The notes under the pieces are model-generated. The model searched no databases. It saw only the letters and a program-made list of their open reading frames with translations, and had not been told where the DNA came from. A stretch of 64,000 nt of DNA from Eledone cirrhosa (lineage: Eukaryota): assembly GCA_964016885.1 (NCBI GenBank), contig OZ024747.1, positions 68,882,001 to 68,946,000 on the forward strand, read 5' to 3'. Below are positions 43,959 through 58,173 of the stretch, one piece after another. A program made the position numbers and the translations under genes. Positions within the stretch are counted from its first letter, which is position 1, and each line of letters starts with the position of its first letter.

Positions 43959-44656
43959 GTGATGATGATATATTTATACATCTATTTGCCATTTTTGTAT
44001 TTATTTTCCAAGATACTTGATATGAATTTAAAAAAAGCAACATATATTATTACACAAACACACACACACACACACACACAAATACACACACACAAATACA
44101 CACACACACATGTATACACACATGCACATAATACAGAGCTAAGAATAGAGATACCCTTATTTACTCCCCTCATGCAGATATGTAGATAAACTTTCAAAAG
44201 ACTGACACCCACAGTTTGTGAGGTATTATTGAAACATGGAATAGCTAAAATATTATTAATATAAAATATCTAATATATATAATAAGGAGTTGACAGACCC
44301 AGCATATTTATATATAGAAGGTATTGAAGTAAGCATTTAATAACAGTAGGGGTGGTGGTGGTGGGGTGAGAGGGATAGTGTCTGTGGTGGTGACTGTGGT
44401 GGTGGTGGTGGTGACTGTGATGATGGTGGTGGTGACTGTGATGGTGGTGGTGGTGGTGGTGACTGTGATGGTGGTGGTGATGACTGTGATGGTGGTGGTG
44501 GTGGTGGTGGTGGTGGTGGTGGTGACTGTGATGGTTTAGGGAGTGCTAGTGTGGCAGTGGAAGTAGAAGTGATGCCTGTAATACTGGTAGGAGTATTAAT
44601 GGTGGTGGTAGGGGTGGTAGTGATAGTGATTATATTCATTATGGTGCTGATTGTGA

Positions 44657-44702
<46 letters not shown>

Positions 44703-46022
44703 TTTATTATTGTTATTATTATTGTGCACTTTTACTTGAGCTTATTGTAAACCCCTACTGTCTGTGTGTTTGTATTGTCCCCTACATGTCGGCCCTTGTG
44801 TCCAAAAGATGAAATCTTTATTATTATTATTAGTACCAGTAATGCACTGGGTATTTGCTGGCCTTGTGCCAAAAAGTAGAAACAAATATTATTATTATTA
44901 TTATTATTATTATTAGTAGTAGTAGTAATAATAGTAATAGTAGTAGTAGTAGTAGTAGTAGCAGTAGTAGTAAGTTTGGTTGTTTTACATCATCATCATC
45001 ATCATAATCATCATCATCATTAGCAGCAGCAGTAGTAGCATCATCATCATCAATAATAACAATAACCTCCTCCTTCTTCTCCTCCTTCTCCTCTTCCTCC
45101 TCCTCCATATCATCCCCATAAACAGCAGCAACAACAGCAGCATTAGCAGCAGTAACAGCAGCAGTAATAGTTGGTGCTGTGATAATTGCTGTAGTGGACT
45201 GTGGCCTGAGTGAAGGAGGATATAAGAAAGCTATACTGAGATTGGCAGCGTGCAAGACCAGCCTGCATATTCTCTGGTTCCAGAAGAAGAAGAAGGAGGA
45301 AGAAAGAAAGGAAGAAGAAGGTATATGTATATGTGAGGGTGTGAGGTGAAGCTGGTTAGTATGGAGATTATTCTTTCTTTTTTGTTTTTTTTTCCTGTTT
45401 TTTTTTGTTGTTTTTGTTGTTATATATATGTATATATATATTTTTTATTTTTGTAGTTGTCGGCAGTTTCACTTAAGGCCATCTGCTAAATACTGTAAAT
45501 CTGTCTTCACAAATCTCTGTGTGGTACAATGCACTTGGTATGCTGACTAATCTGGGGTTTGGACAAAATCAGCAAAAAGAATAAAGTAAATAAATAAATA
45601 AATGAATAAATAAAAACAAACAAACAAAAGGCCGTAATGGAAGGTAGCTTACACATCCATCCATTCCCAAATAATCAAACATATGCATATGCTTGTATGT
45701 ATGCATGTATATATGCATATATATATGTATATGTATATATATATGTTTGTATGTATGTATGGATCTATGAATGCTTACATGTATGTATGCTTGTATGTAT
45801 ATATGCATTTATATATGTATATATATATATATATGTATATATATATAAGTATGTGTATGAATGCTTACATGTATGTACATTCATACATACATGCATACAT
45901 TTATGTATGCATGTATGTATGAATGCTTACATGTATGTATGTATGTGTGTATGCATGTGTGTATATATGCAAGTGTGTATGTTTGTATGTCTGTATGCAT
46001 TCTTACCTGTGTATATATATAT

Positions 46023-46206
46023 GGTCATCCTAAGCCAGCGATCCCAAAGCATCATCATACGTAGATCCGACACATACATGCATCATCATCATCATTTTAA
46101 AGCGGACGTAAAATGATGATGATCATGATGATGATGATGATGATGATGCATGTATGTGTTGGATCTACGTATGATGATGCTTTGGGATCGCTGGCTTAGG
46201 ATGACC
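46023..46206. repeat. Palindrome centred on an RTE-type tail stub
   Basis: ggtcatcctaagcc..(cat)n tttt aaagcggacgt aaaa (tga)n..ggcttaggatgacc. Confidence 0.85.
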
Positions 46207-46384
46207 CCAGCCTCGTCGAGCAAGAGCAAGAAGAAAAAAAGAGATGTATGTAGTAACGAATTAGTAGAATATATTTTAACATGCAGATTGTCTTTGAAAG
46301 GCTCTGCCAACTAAAGAATCAGGATTTTTTAAAAAGTCAGGGCATGCCTTAGGCATGTGTTAGAATTATTATTATTCTGTGCCA

Positions 46385-46770
46385 GGGTGGTAGATTGATA
46401 GTATAGGTAGAGTGTTGAACAACATGCTTTGTGACATATAGTTACAACCCTTTATGTTCTGTGTTCAGATCCCGCCTTTCATACTTACGGGGTCAATAAA
46501 ATAAAGTACCAGTAACGTACTGGTGTGGATTTAATCAACTTGACCCTTCTCTTTAAATTGCTGACCTTGAGCCAAAAATTAGAAACAATTATTATTCTGA
46601 CAAGACAAGAGGGTCAATGAATTGGCAGAATTGGTAGAACATCAGACAAAATATTTTGTGGTATTTAGTTACACCTTTCTATGTTCTGAGTTCAAATCCT
46701 GCTACGGTCAACTTCGCCTTTCATCTTTCCAGAGTAAATAAAAGAAAGTATTAGTTAAATACCAGAGTTG
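46385..46770 (+). mobile_element. Two diverged family E-like SINEs
   Basis: gttcagatcc / gagttcaaatcc B-boxes and gcctttcat bodies. Confidence 0.6.
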
Positions 46771-46772
46771 AT

Positions 46773-46993
46773 ATACTATATATACTCGAATATAAGCTGA
46801 GGAATATGTGACCCAAAAAAGCCTTAGTAGAAGGGGGGGGGGCAGCGGTTTATATTTGGGTATCAATATTTTGAGGATTTTCACCAACTTCAAATTCTTC
46901 ACAAATAAAATTTGGATTTTTGCTCATTTCTCAGACATACAATAGTGCAGTCGGCTTATATTGATATCAGCTTATATTTGAGTTTATATGGTA
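46773..46993. mobile_element. pogo/Tc-like MITE
   Basis: tactatatatactcgaatataagctga..tcagcttatatttgagtttatatggta termini. Confidence 0.65.
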
Positions 46994-47207
46994 ACTGACT
47001 TTCCCTTTGCCTCAATTGCTGGCCTTGTGCCAATATTAGAAAGAAATATTATTCGGACCAAAAGAAGTGGGTACCTTTCATGATGAAGTCACCAAATTAT
47101 ATAATGCATGCTGGTCAAGCAGGTATAGCCAATGGCCAAAGATCCTTTGGGTCATTCCTTCTCTTTCAACTTTCTAACACCCTCATTAGAATCCTAGCTG
47201 TCCATAG

Positions 47208-47310
47208 CTGGTGGCAATTCCAAACTTCTTGAGCCAGTCCTATACTGGTGGCAATTCCAAACTTCTTGAGCCAGTCCTATACTGGTGGCAATTCCAAACT
47301 TCTTGAGCCA
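47208..47310. repeat. 37-bp tandem repeat (about 2.8 copies)
   Basis: ctggtggcaattccaaacttcttgagccagtcctata at 47208, 47245 and 47282. Confidence 0.9.
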
Positions 47311-47503
47311 TGCTTTTACTAACTCTCATTATTATTGTTACATTTATCATAATTATCAATAGTGGTAAAGGTACCATTATAGATATTTTTAAAATGAATG
47401 TCAATTTGGTGAGAGAAAAAAAAACTAAACAAGAAACATGAACTTCAGTAGTGTGCTAATTAAACTGAATCAGACATAAGAAATATATATATATATATAT
47501 ACA

Positions 47504-47603
47504 CAGGGTGTCCCCTAAAAATGTATACATACTTTGATTACCTGTACCAGCAATATTTATTAGAATGCTGTTGAAGTGTGTATACATTTTTTGGGACACC
47601 CTG
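47504..47603. mobile_element. Tc1/mariner-type MITE
   Basis: cagggtgtccc..gggacaccctg TIRs. Confidence 0.85.
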
Positions 47604-47607
47604 TATG

Positions 47608-47679
<72 letters not shown>

Positions 47680-47681
<2 letters not shown>

Positions 47682-47843
47682 AAAGGTAAACAGAAATAAC
47701 AACACAATTGGTACAGTATATGGAAGGAATATATTAGGTTAACACTTGAAAATAGCAGGAAGAGAGAGGGTCTTAATGTTTCGGATGCTAGTCCTTCATC
47801 AGAAGAAAGAATGAGAAATAAGATAGATTGAAGGGACGGGTAG
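47680..47843 (-). mobile_element. Family G HHR element
   Basis: About 160 bp nearly identical to 50793-50950; both abut (TA)n. Confidence 0.75.
47771..47806 (-). ncRNA. Ultra-minimal hammerhead ribozyme (family G)
   Basis: Minus strand: tctt CTGATGA a gga ctagca tcc GAAA CA TT aaga. Stem III reduced to an ACGT-like palindrome. Confidence 0.62.
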
Positions 47844-47861
47844 CTAATATAAATATATATA

Positions 47862-47963
47862 CAGGGTTTCCCCCCAAAAATGTAAACACACTTCAACAGC
47901 ATTCTAATAAATATTGCTTGTACAGGTAATCAAAATATCTATACATTTTTTGGGGACACCCTG
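47862..47963. mobile_element. Tc1/mariner-type MITE (opposite orientation)
   Basis: Same family, with TA on both sides. Confidence 0.85.
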
Positions 47964-48377
47964 TATGATATATATATATATATATATATATGCATATCAA
48001 CATTTCTGTATGAGCAAGACACAGTCACCTGATTTGACTTGTCTCAAAGGGTCAACTTGTCTAACCCATGCTAGTGTGGAAAATGGACGTACATCATCAT
48101 CATCATCATCCCTTGCCTGCACAGAGTTGCACAACAATTTACTCGAGATGCAATGTAATATCACATTGACAATCCTACCAACTGGGATCTAACAGGATAG
48201 AAAAATAGTAATGTTGTTGCTACCACATATGAACATCCTGTATGTCTTGAGTGTTACATAGTGAGAAACAGAACAATATAACAACAGCAACAACAACAGC
48301 AAATATTTGCAGCAAACAAAAGAACATCTATGCAGTTGCTGGATCTGCTAGGAAATAGCAGCGAAATCTCCATAATA

Positions 48378-48629
48378 TTAACCCTTTAGCATTTAAACCA
48401 GCCGTATCTCGCCAGAATTCCTTCACCTCTTTCTGTTCAAACTGGCTGTAACCGGCCACTCATACTGATGTTAAGGTATTGTTCTTAAAATAAATAATAT
48501 CTTAAGAACAAAATAAATAATATCAAAATCTCATTGATTTGATATTATGTGAGATATTTATGTGAGGTAAAGCCTTTACCGTCAAAATATAATAGTAAAT
48601 ATAAAGTAATGTAAATGTTGAAGGTTTAA
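48378..48629. mobile_element. piggyBac-like MITE
   Basis: ttaa ccctttagcattta..taaatgttgaaggt ttaa. Related left ends at 6355, 29141 and 49717. Confidence 0.55.
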
Positions 48630-49122
48630 ACACTCTCTTCTTAAAAATGGAAGGATACATTTTATATGTAGTCCAAGAGATATACCATAATATATCTGGA
48701 AATGAAACAAGATTGTCATGGCCAGAATGTCTTTGACCATAGGTTTGTTGATCAGGGTTCACCTAAGTCATTGGGAAAAACTTTTCAACAGTAACATTGA
48801 TTTCTAGCAAGTTGGTGAAAAGTCGCAGTTAAAAAGAGAACATTATGAAAACCTTTATGAAGCTTATTCTTTGACCTCCACAAATATTTTGATGGTTTAT
48901 CATTTTCCAAAATAGTAGCAATGAGGGAAGATGGACTAGATGATAATGCACACACACAAATATATATATGATGAAGGACCATGACAAATGGAGAGATGCT
49001 ATGCTGAATAGGACCCATCCCACCCTTGCAAGCATGGTAAAGCGGACGTATGATGATGATGATATCTTTATTTTATATAGAAATGATTTCTACAAGACTA
49101 GAACTGTTTCATTCATATGGAA

Positions 49123-49170
49123 AGTCCTGATGATTTCATAAGCATGAAACAGTTCTAGTCATGCAGAAGT
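49123..49170 (+). ncRNA. Decayed hammerhead ribozyme (family F)
   Basis: CTGATGA tttcataagcat GAAA CAG ttctagtc ATG CA gaag. Sister copies (2180-2222 and 43416-43440, minus strand) give the consensus GAAA CAG ttctagtc CTG TA. Confidence 0.5.
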
Positions 49171-50039
49171 CATTTTTAGATAAAATAAAGATGTCTATAC
49201 TATACAAACGTATTGAGTACTTTTTAAAATGTGGTCACATCCCGATACTCATTGGGAATCCACCCATTATATATATTTTTCTGACATGAACTGATTGCAA
49301 ATGAGATGTGAGTTTCAGGTATCTCTCAAAGGCAAATTGCAACTGGCTATATTTAGGCTTAAGATTATGGTTCAGGTAGGATCAGGGTTAGGGTTAGACT
49401 TAAGGTTAGGCATATGGTTTTGTTTAGCGTGGAATAAAAAGCAAACCTGTCAATTAATCGTAGGGCAGCCAGTAAAATAATCAGATATTTTAAAACACTG
49501 AGTCAAGTTCCTCAACTTTGTCTTGATTATTCACCTTATTTATCTACTCAGAGTGAAGAGAAACCAGATTCTTTGATTTCACCCTACTTCAAGATGTATT
49601 TGTTACAGAGTAAAATGTGTCAGTGCAAATCAAGATATTGTTGTGGAAATGTTTGTGTGGAATGATAAAAACACACCAAGATGAAAATGTATGGGAATAT
49701 TACAATGAGAAGTTACTTAACCCTTCAGCATTTACATTACTTTATATATACTCAATGTATATAACTATAGTTATAACAATGACAATCATAACAACATCTT
49801 TATCAACGGCTAATAAAGAACAAAAGAGATGGTTTAGAAAGAAGCAACTTCAGTGGTATAACTCATTAAGAAGAGAATTAGCATACTTGAGATGTAGTTT
49901 GGGGTTGTTACAGGACAGGTTCCCCCCCCCCCCCCCCAATGCCTTCTTTCTAGTGTAAGAGAATGATAGAAGAAATTCTTAGCTCAAGAGAAATTACTCT
50001 ACTGAGCATCTTCTGAGCTTGAAGCAACCATTGCAAAGT

Positions 50040-50586
50040 ACTATGCCCTGCAATCTGGTAGTTGCTAAGAAAACAAAGTATAGATAAATGGCTTGCAAGA
50101 GCTATGCAAGCTATATTTAGAGATACGGTTAGCAAGGTGAGAGTAAGCAACGAGTTCAGTGAGGAATTTTATGTGCTGACAGGTGTACAGTGGGGAATAA
50201 TTCTCAACCCTCATCTGTTTATTGTAGTTTTCCAGGCCAGAAAAAGGAGTTTAAAACCAGCTGTCCACAGAAAAATCAAAAATATCTACAAGCTGGTTCT
50301 CATAGCTAAATTGCCGAAGGAAATTTCAAACATTCAAACACAGCCAAGAATCAAGAAACCTGAAAGAAAACTTAATAAAGACTACTGACAGAAGAGAGAA
50401 CTCTACTTCCATCTGAGAAGTGATTATTCTATGCTTGTTATTCAAAAATAGAGATGTAGATATACCCTATGGTGCACCAATGTACACCTTGGATGGACAA
50501 AAGTGTAGTGGGATCAAATGTATGTTGATAGAGAAGGATATTGTATGTAGCAGATACATAGGAGTAGTTAATAGTAAGGGCATCCA

Positions 50587-50620
<34 letters not shown>

Positions 50621-50660
50621 CTGCATTGCTGAGACCAGAGAAACCATTAATGATGGGAGT
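50040..50660 (+). pseudogene. Decayed RTE-like LINE reverse transcriptase fragment
   Basis: KVRVSNEFSEEFYVLTGVQWGIILNPHLFIVV resembles the GVxQGSVLSPLLF RT motif. Confidence 0.7.
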
Positions 50661-50752
50661 ACTCAATGTATGGGGAGATTAGAGTGAGTATATATATCTC
50701 TATACCCACTATGCATCATCATCATCATCATTTTGTGATGATGATGAAATGA

Positions 50753-50792
<40 letters not shown>

Positions 50793-50797
<5 letters not shown>

Positions 50798-50950
50798 GTA
50801 AACAGAAATAACAACACAATCAGTACAGTATATGGAAGGAATATATTAGGTTAACGCTTGAAATAGCAGGAAGAGGGTCTTAAAGTTTCGGATGCTAGTC
50901 CTTCATCAGAAGAAAGAATGAGAAATAAGATAGATTGAAGGGACGGGTAG
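50793..50950 (-). mobile_element. Family G HHR element
   Basis: Homologous to 47680-47843; a decayed relative lies at about 56000-56110. Confidence 0.75.
50878..50913 (-). ncRNA. Ultra-minimal hammerhead ribozyme (family G)
   Basis: Minus strand: tctt CTGATGA aggactagcatcc GAAA CT TT aaga. Near-identical to the 47771 copy. Confidence 0.6.
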
Positions 50951-51806
50951 GTTGGAATTGGAAAAATGTCTTTAGATAAAAATAACAGGTCCATTAATCT
51001 CTCGTAGGTGACCCAGCTGGAATTGATAAATAAAAAAAAAACCTCTATTCCAGTAGTGACACTCTCACAAATCAGCCCTCAATCTAAAGTGTTTATTCAT
51101 CTGCTGTCTCTGTAAAGCTGAATGAGTTGAGGACTTTGCATAGTGAGTATGCTGCAACACCTCTATAACCCACTTCCATGGATTCAGTGTGATTTTTCTA
51201 ACCTCTGAACTCACACCTCACCAACAGTTTCAGGTATTTTGGGCATTTTTTTCTCATTGGTTTCTTTTATAAATACTTTCCTTGGCACTCTAACTTGATC
51301 ATTAATCTTGATATGTTGTGTGTGAGATGATGACAGAACTGAATTAAATCCTTCTGAAGACTTAAGTACTCTTAACATTATAGTCCCCCTATCTCCATTG
51401 AAATATAAAGTCTACAAAAATATTATTTTTGGAATGACAAATACAATTAATTTGAATAAAATGGAACCCCTCTTCTCTTGATGCCCTAAGCATGTACTTA
51501 TTTTACTTAATGGTTAACCCAGCCCCCCTGGGTGGTAATTACGTCTGGCCAGAATAATGTTGTTACTATGTGCTGGCAAGCAGCTAAAATATCCACACCT
51601 ACAGCTGCTATTTAGAAGCTGTGTATACATATGTATGTGTTTTTGTATGTGTATATAAAACACACACAAAAGCACACATGGACACATACACATATGTACG
51701 CACATATACAGATACACATGCTTGCACACACACACACACACACCCACACCTACATACACACACACATTCACAACACATACTGGGTCACACATATACATTC
51801 ATACAT

Positions 51807-51888
<82 letters not shown>

Positions 51889-53675
51889 CATATATATATA
51901 TATATCATCATCATCATCATCATTTAACGTCTATCTTCCACTCTAACACACACACATATATATATATATATACTGCATGCAAATGATCCAGAAGAACTTG
52001 GAGAATCAATATGATTAGGGAAAGGGAAGAGGAGATGGAGGAGGAGGTGATAAAAAATAGCAAAGATGAAAATAAAAATAATATAAAAATAGTAAAAACA
52101 AAACAAAACACCAAGATCACCTCCAATCTCATCTGACTGAGAATTATTTCTCTAGATCTACACATGTATAATGAAAATGAAAACTTTTCTCTGAGAAGAC
52201 AAAAACTCTCTATATATATGATTAGTAAGGAAAATATCTGAAGATACTGCTTTTTCTCTCTCTGCAATCAATTCATTTATTCAGCATCACTGCATAATTA
52301 CTGCCACCTATGACCACTTGTTGCATACTAATGTACAGATTTTGCATAGTTTGCTTCCAGTTGAATTTCATTAGAATTCTTATAGTCTCAAAGAATGTTT
52401 GCCTCAATGAAATGGTGCCACAATGATTTATTTTGAAATCAAAGCATGAAAAGAAAGGAAAAATATTTCTTACTTCATTCTATATACAGCTAGATTTTTG
52501 TTTGAATTCTTTTGTTCAATTTTTTTTCTGTTAGTTATATTTTTAAACACTTTGTATTATTTTCCACCTCCTTCAGAATCTATTAGATCTTAGCTGAGAT
52601 CAAACCAAGGCAGCTCTTATGGTAACCAGCTAGATATAGCAACCAAATCATTCTCAAATAGTACCCTACCATCTTGAAAGGGGAAGGACATCTTTTGATA
52701 ATGTGGTCTCATATACATACTGTATAATGAAAATAAAAAGGGATTGTACATAATCATTCAGTACACCCAGTACACCCTGGCTAGTAACAGAAAGGACATC
52801 TAACCATAGAAAACTTGTTAAATAAAGGGTTGGGAAGACTCTTCAGCTATGTGAAAGACATGAAAACTTCTCTAGTGTTAGTGCCATAATAAAACGTACT
52901 CAGTAGAGAGCAGGACTACTATGTTGTGAACCCAGCCCACCTGGAGGTCAGAGGCTATGCTTGAATACTGACCAGTCAGTGATGGTATGTCCAACCCTTG
53001 CTAGTAGGGAAACTGGATGTTAAGTGGTAATGATGATAATGATGATGAATATGATGTCTAACTTGAATGTATTTACTCATATGTTTGTTCATATAAAGCC
53101 CACCATCTTTTTTTGCATTTAGTCAGTGAAGGAAAGATAGCATTCATGACCCTTTTATGTTTTCAGGGCCCCTGAAACTGGTAGAAAGTAAGTAGGAATT
53201 TATTTTTAAACCAGAGACCTAGCCCAAATGTCTGCAACAGATTGAAATGTTCTAAATACACTCAAGGACAACATTAAATCCATGAACTCAGAGTACAAAG
53301 AGCCAGAACAAATACCAAAATACATTTCATCTGATGCTGTAACAATTCTGTTAATCTACCAACTTAGACTGTCTCTTAATTCTATCGACCTCCAAAAAGA
53401 TATTTACATTGTCATTTGGAGACTTGATGTCTTGTTGTTTAGTCACAAGTCTTGTATGATCTATGATCAAAAGCATTCCAGCCATGACCATTCCAAACAT
53501 TTTTTTATATGTCATAGTATACTATTAAATATGCTTGTTTACTTTAAGATAGTAGTGTGCAATTTGAGGGAGATTTGACTGCTGTTTCTAGCATATCAAT
53601 AACTCACTTAATATTTCCCATGATGCTTGCAGGCAAAGTAGACATTAAAATGACGAAGATGATAACATTGATGTA

Positions 53676-53865
53676 TATGAGGGTTGGCTGAAAAGTTCAT
53701 AGGCTGACTATGAAGGCCTGATGAAATCTTGAATGTATTAATTTCAACTTTTCTTATTAATAACTGCATTGTTTCTTTCCAGATCCTATATTGAAATTAA
53801 ATCTCATTTGGTCATTCAATGAGAGTTTCTTGGTCAGCCTATGAACTTTTCAGCCGATCCTCGTG
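53676..53865. mobile_element. Mariner-like MITE
   Basis: TIR gagggttggctgaaaagttcataggctgac / gtcagcctatgaacttttcagccgatcctc. Partial copies at 1-38 and 43018-43125. Confidence 0.8.
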
Positions 53866-54309
53866 TATGGTAAATCAACTTGGTGGAACTCTTCTCTCTT
53901 TCTTTCTATCCTATGCCCCCTACAAGACTTTTCAAGCTGCTTAGGAATTAAACTCTGTATTTGTCAGTTAACAAAACAAAAAATAGTTTCATATTATAAT
54001 AATAATAATAATAATGAAATTATTGTGTACAGTGCTCAGGTGCACTACAACTCGTCAATATAGTACATAGAATAATACACAAATGCACTGCCTTTCAAAT
54101 TTATAGCCGTACATTATATCTATGTGCATATATATATATCTAATTATATATATATATATATATATAATTATATATATATATATATATATATATTCTCTGA
54201 ATTTCCAATCTTTTGATAAGCGAAACCGTCGGTCATGGCGCTAGAAGAGGTAAATATTTAAATCGTATTTTAATTTATTTAAAAGATTGTTTAATGTTTA
54301 CTTGTTCCG

Positions 54310-54408
<99 letters not shown>

Positions 54409-55752
54409 GTATATATTGAAAGGATAACAAGGATGATTGGTTACTCCTGGATATATATATATATATATATATATGTTCACTCTGAGGAGAAATTTATTAA
54501 TTACTCTTTCATTGAGTGCTTTGTGATAGTCTTCTAAAATCAGATGCGAATCTGTTATTTACAGCTGCAACTTCAATTATACTCATTACTATCATCATCA
54601 TCTTCATTTAATGTCCATCTTTCACACTAGAATGGGTTGGACGGTTTTGTGCCACTTGAGGCGAGATTGGTCGGGAAACCGTGTCTCGCTCGTACAGAAC
54701 TGTCTCTGGCAGGTTTTCTATGGCTGGATACCCTTTCTAACACCAACCACATTTACAGTGTGGACTGGGTGCTTTTTGTCGTGTCACCTACACGACCACC
54801 TTACAGTGGATAGAAGTGGTAGAATGGAGTAGAGTGTGGGGTAAGGTGTATATTGGGTGAAGAGGTGCCTACTGACTGTAGGTTTGTATGCAAGGGAAGG
54901 CGGGTCTTCTGTATAACTGTATAGCACCAAAGATCTCGATCCCGTGACATCGAGATTATATATAGATTATATATATACTCACTCTACTACCCTAAGTATC
55001 GAGTACTCTGGTGCGTTATGGTCCACCTGGCTCCTTACCACACTTTCTTTGTTTTATATATACATATATATATTCATTTATGTTTAGTGGTTCATCAGAC
55101 TAATAAATATATATATATTTTCATAAAATTGTAGTATTCTCAGCGTGAAGGGTAGGTGTAAACAGCTGGATACTTAATGTATAGTAAAAAGTTGGGTTAA
55201 GATATAACCTCATGCTCTCTCCTCATGTCGATGAATTAGGCATAATATTGAAATTCAGAATCTCTATTTATCTAAGGTGTATAATAAATTTGTCTCTATT
55301 TTGAATATTGAGTACCATTTCTTCAGTAACTGTTTATTGTTATTTATAATATGTTGACAATCTCAACAGTAACATTAATAAATACCAACTGGACAAATTG
55401 GGAAATTTGATAATTGAAAATATAGTTGCCACATTGCCGATAACTATAACAGTACCTGGAAAAAAAAGTGGATAGAAACATTTGTCTACTTTTTTCTCTC
55501 CAGGAATACTTTAGCTGATTTATTATTGTAGTTATCTGTATATTGGTGGCTATATTTTCAAACACACATCTACATACACACACACACTTACACAAACTCA
55601 CACATACATACATATAAACACACACACACAAACAAACACATATACACGCACACATTTATGAGCATGTGTATGGATGTCTAAATAATATAGTAAATATTTA
55701 TTTTTTATATATATATATATATAGTTATGTAATAAACAACATAAGGCAATTA

Positions 55753-55812
55753 TTTCATTTACCAGTGGTTTCTTAAAAGCAAAAGGTTTTGCTTTCAATC
55801 ATCAGAAAGAAA
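55753..55812 (-). ncRNA. Type I hammerhead ribozyme (relative of the 14645/15381 family)
   Basis: Minus strand: tttcttt CTGATGA ttgaaagcaaaa cc ttttgcttttaa GAAA CC ACT GG TA aatgaaa. Stem II of about 11-12 bp. Confidence 0.8.
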
Positions 55813-56334
55813 AAATTCTGGCGTATTTATTGACGTTGGATTTAAAAAAAACCTGTTTATTACATAACTATTAAGCTCTGTTACCTACATAGAGCACTCT
55901 TTTTTCCTGGACTTTTCCGACGGAATTACTTCATTCATACATATATATATATATATACATATATATATTTATATATACACATATATATATATATATAAAT
56001 CAAGGAAGCAAGAAATAAACAAACAAGAAGATGCAATAATATGAAGTATATTAGTTTCATGCTTGGAGGAAGAAGAGTGAGTTACATAGTCAGCCCTTCA
56101 TCAGGAAAAACACAAAAGGAAAAGAGTGAAGGAAATAAAATGAAAAATAAAAAAGTTGTTAAAATGAAATTAGAAAGAGAGAAAAAATAAATAAAAAGGA
56201 GAGGGGGGAGCAATGTTTATTAAGATCTGTCATCTATTTATCTCTTTCTCTCTCTCTCTCTATATATATATATATTATATATCTATCTATCTATATATAA
56301 ACATCTCTCTCTTTCTCTCTCTCACTCTCTCCCC

Positions 56335-56384
<50 letters not shown>

Positions 56385-56387
56385 TTA

Positions 56388-56458
<71 letters not shown>

Positions 56459-56821
56459 ACCTATCTATCTATATGTATATAAACATATACCCCTCTCTAT
56501 CTCTCTTTATACATATAAATATATATAAATATATATATAAATATATATATATATGTATAAACACATTCACAAACACACATGTATGCATGTCCAATACATT
56601 GCTCAGATGGAGACATACATAGTTAGTTATACAGTCCAACATAGATTTGTTGTTAAGTTGCAATCTAGATTTTGGTACTGTCAACTCTCCCTGTCCAAGG
56701 GGGAGATTTACAGTAGCCTTTGGGGTGGGTGAGAGATGTCTTCTCTTGTGAAAATGGGTATATATATATATATACACACACACACTACACACAAACATAC
56801 ACACACACACACATATATATA

Positions 56822-57015
56822 AGAAAAGAGTGAGGACCCTGACGACTGAGCACCAGCCATTTTGACAACTAGATTCGAACTGTTCGGATCTAGCTGTAGA
56901 AACAGCCGGAGCTCAGCCGTCGGGGTCCTGACTCTTACCCACTCTACTACCTTACGTATTGAGTACTCCGGTGCGTTATGGTCCACCTGGTATCTTACCA
57001 AACCCTCTTTGTTAT
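56822..57015 (+). mobile_element. Family A HHR element with decayed fold-back arm
   Basis: Centre ctagattcgaac-t-gttcggatctag at about 56881, followed by the family A body. Confidence 0.75.
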
Positions 57016-58173
57016 ATATATATATATATACACTACATATATATATACAGGGTGGCTCGAAAATCACTGGACTATTTAAAAATATATAGCTTTTATTATG
57101 TAAAATTTCACCATTTTGCCTCATTTCTCCCCAATTTGGGACCCCTTTTTTCATAGTTCTCCATGTTTGGGTTTTTAGAGATTGGCAGGTCTTTATTTTA
57201 TAAATTGAACACCTCTTAGCTTTGGGAGTAAAACCTAAAACGGTAGCCTTTATGTGGTCACCTAGCCTGATAGTAACAGTTACCGAATATTCCTCGAACC
57301 ACGTTTTAGTCTTAATTCTTTCAATAACAAACGACTTGTTTATTTTAAAGTGTTTATAATTATGGTAAACCTTCCATCATAATCTTATGTAAAAGGCTTT
57401 GTTAATTTATGTTCGAAACACTAACTTAATAATGAGTGTGTTAGTTATATTACTGAATCACTCCAGTCTTTATTATTATCAAAATTATTTGAAAACAATA
57501 GGCTGTGACTTTCATTAGAAATGTGGTAAAAACAAGCATTAAAAACGAAGCCATTTGCTGAACTAGGTAGTGAGGTAAAAAAAATACATTTTCACAGCTA
57601 GAATGTATTTAATGATAAGTCTGCTGCATGAGGGTTTATATAAACAGCAAACACTAATTGAAGAAGTGTTTGTTGCTTTGTGAAACAACTGTGAAACATG
57701 AGGCTCGACCTTCTAAACTTAGTAGCTAAATGTCCCACAAATCACACAAGAATTTAAATAATGAAAGGTCATATTAGATAATGTAGTTCTTTTTAACCCT
57801 AAAAAGACAGGATGGTAGACTTTGATGGTAGATATTGTTGATTGTCATTGACACGGGGTTAAACAACAACTAGATATCTAGATTGTTTCAGAAATATAAG
57901 TACAGAGTAAATATTCATAAAATACATCACAGATGGGAGGGCATATATATATATATACATATATACATACAAATATATATATATATATTATATATATATA
58001 TATACACACACACACATATATATACATATATATATATGTACATATATATGCATATATATATATATTTATATATATATATATATATAGTTAAAAGAATAGA
58101 GGTGTAACACACAAGTTATTATATATTGGTAAACGGAATAGAAAATGCTGACAAATTGTTCACAGTTGAAAAA

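Noticed and set aside
56835-56935. Apparent complete HHR (ggacc CTGACGA .. GAAA .. TC) in the family A copy
   Set aside because: CTGACGA is best explained as CpG decay of the inverted arm sequence ccgacgg; spacing to stem II is wrong for a true core.
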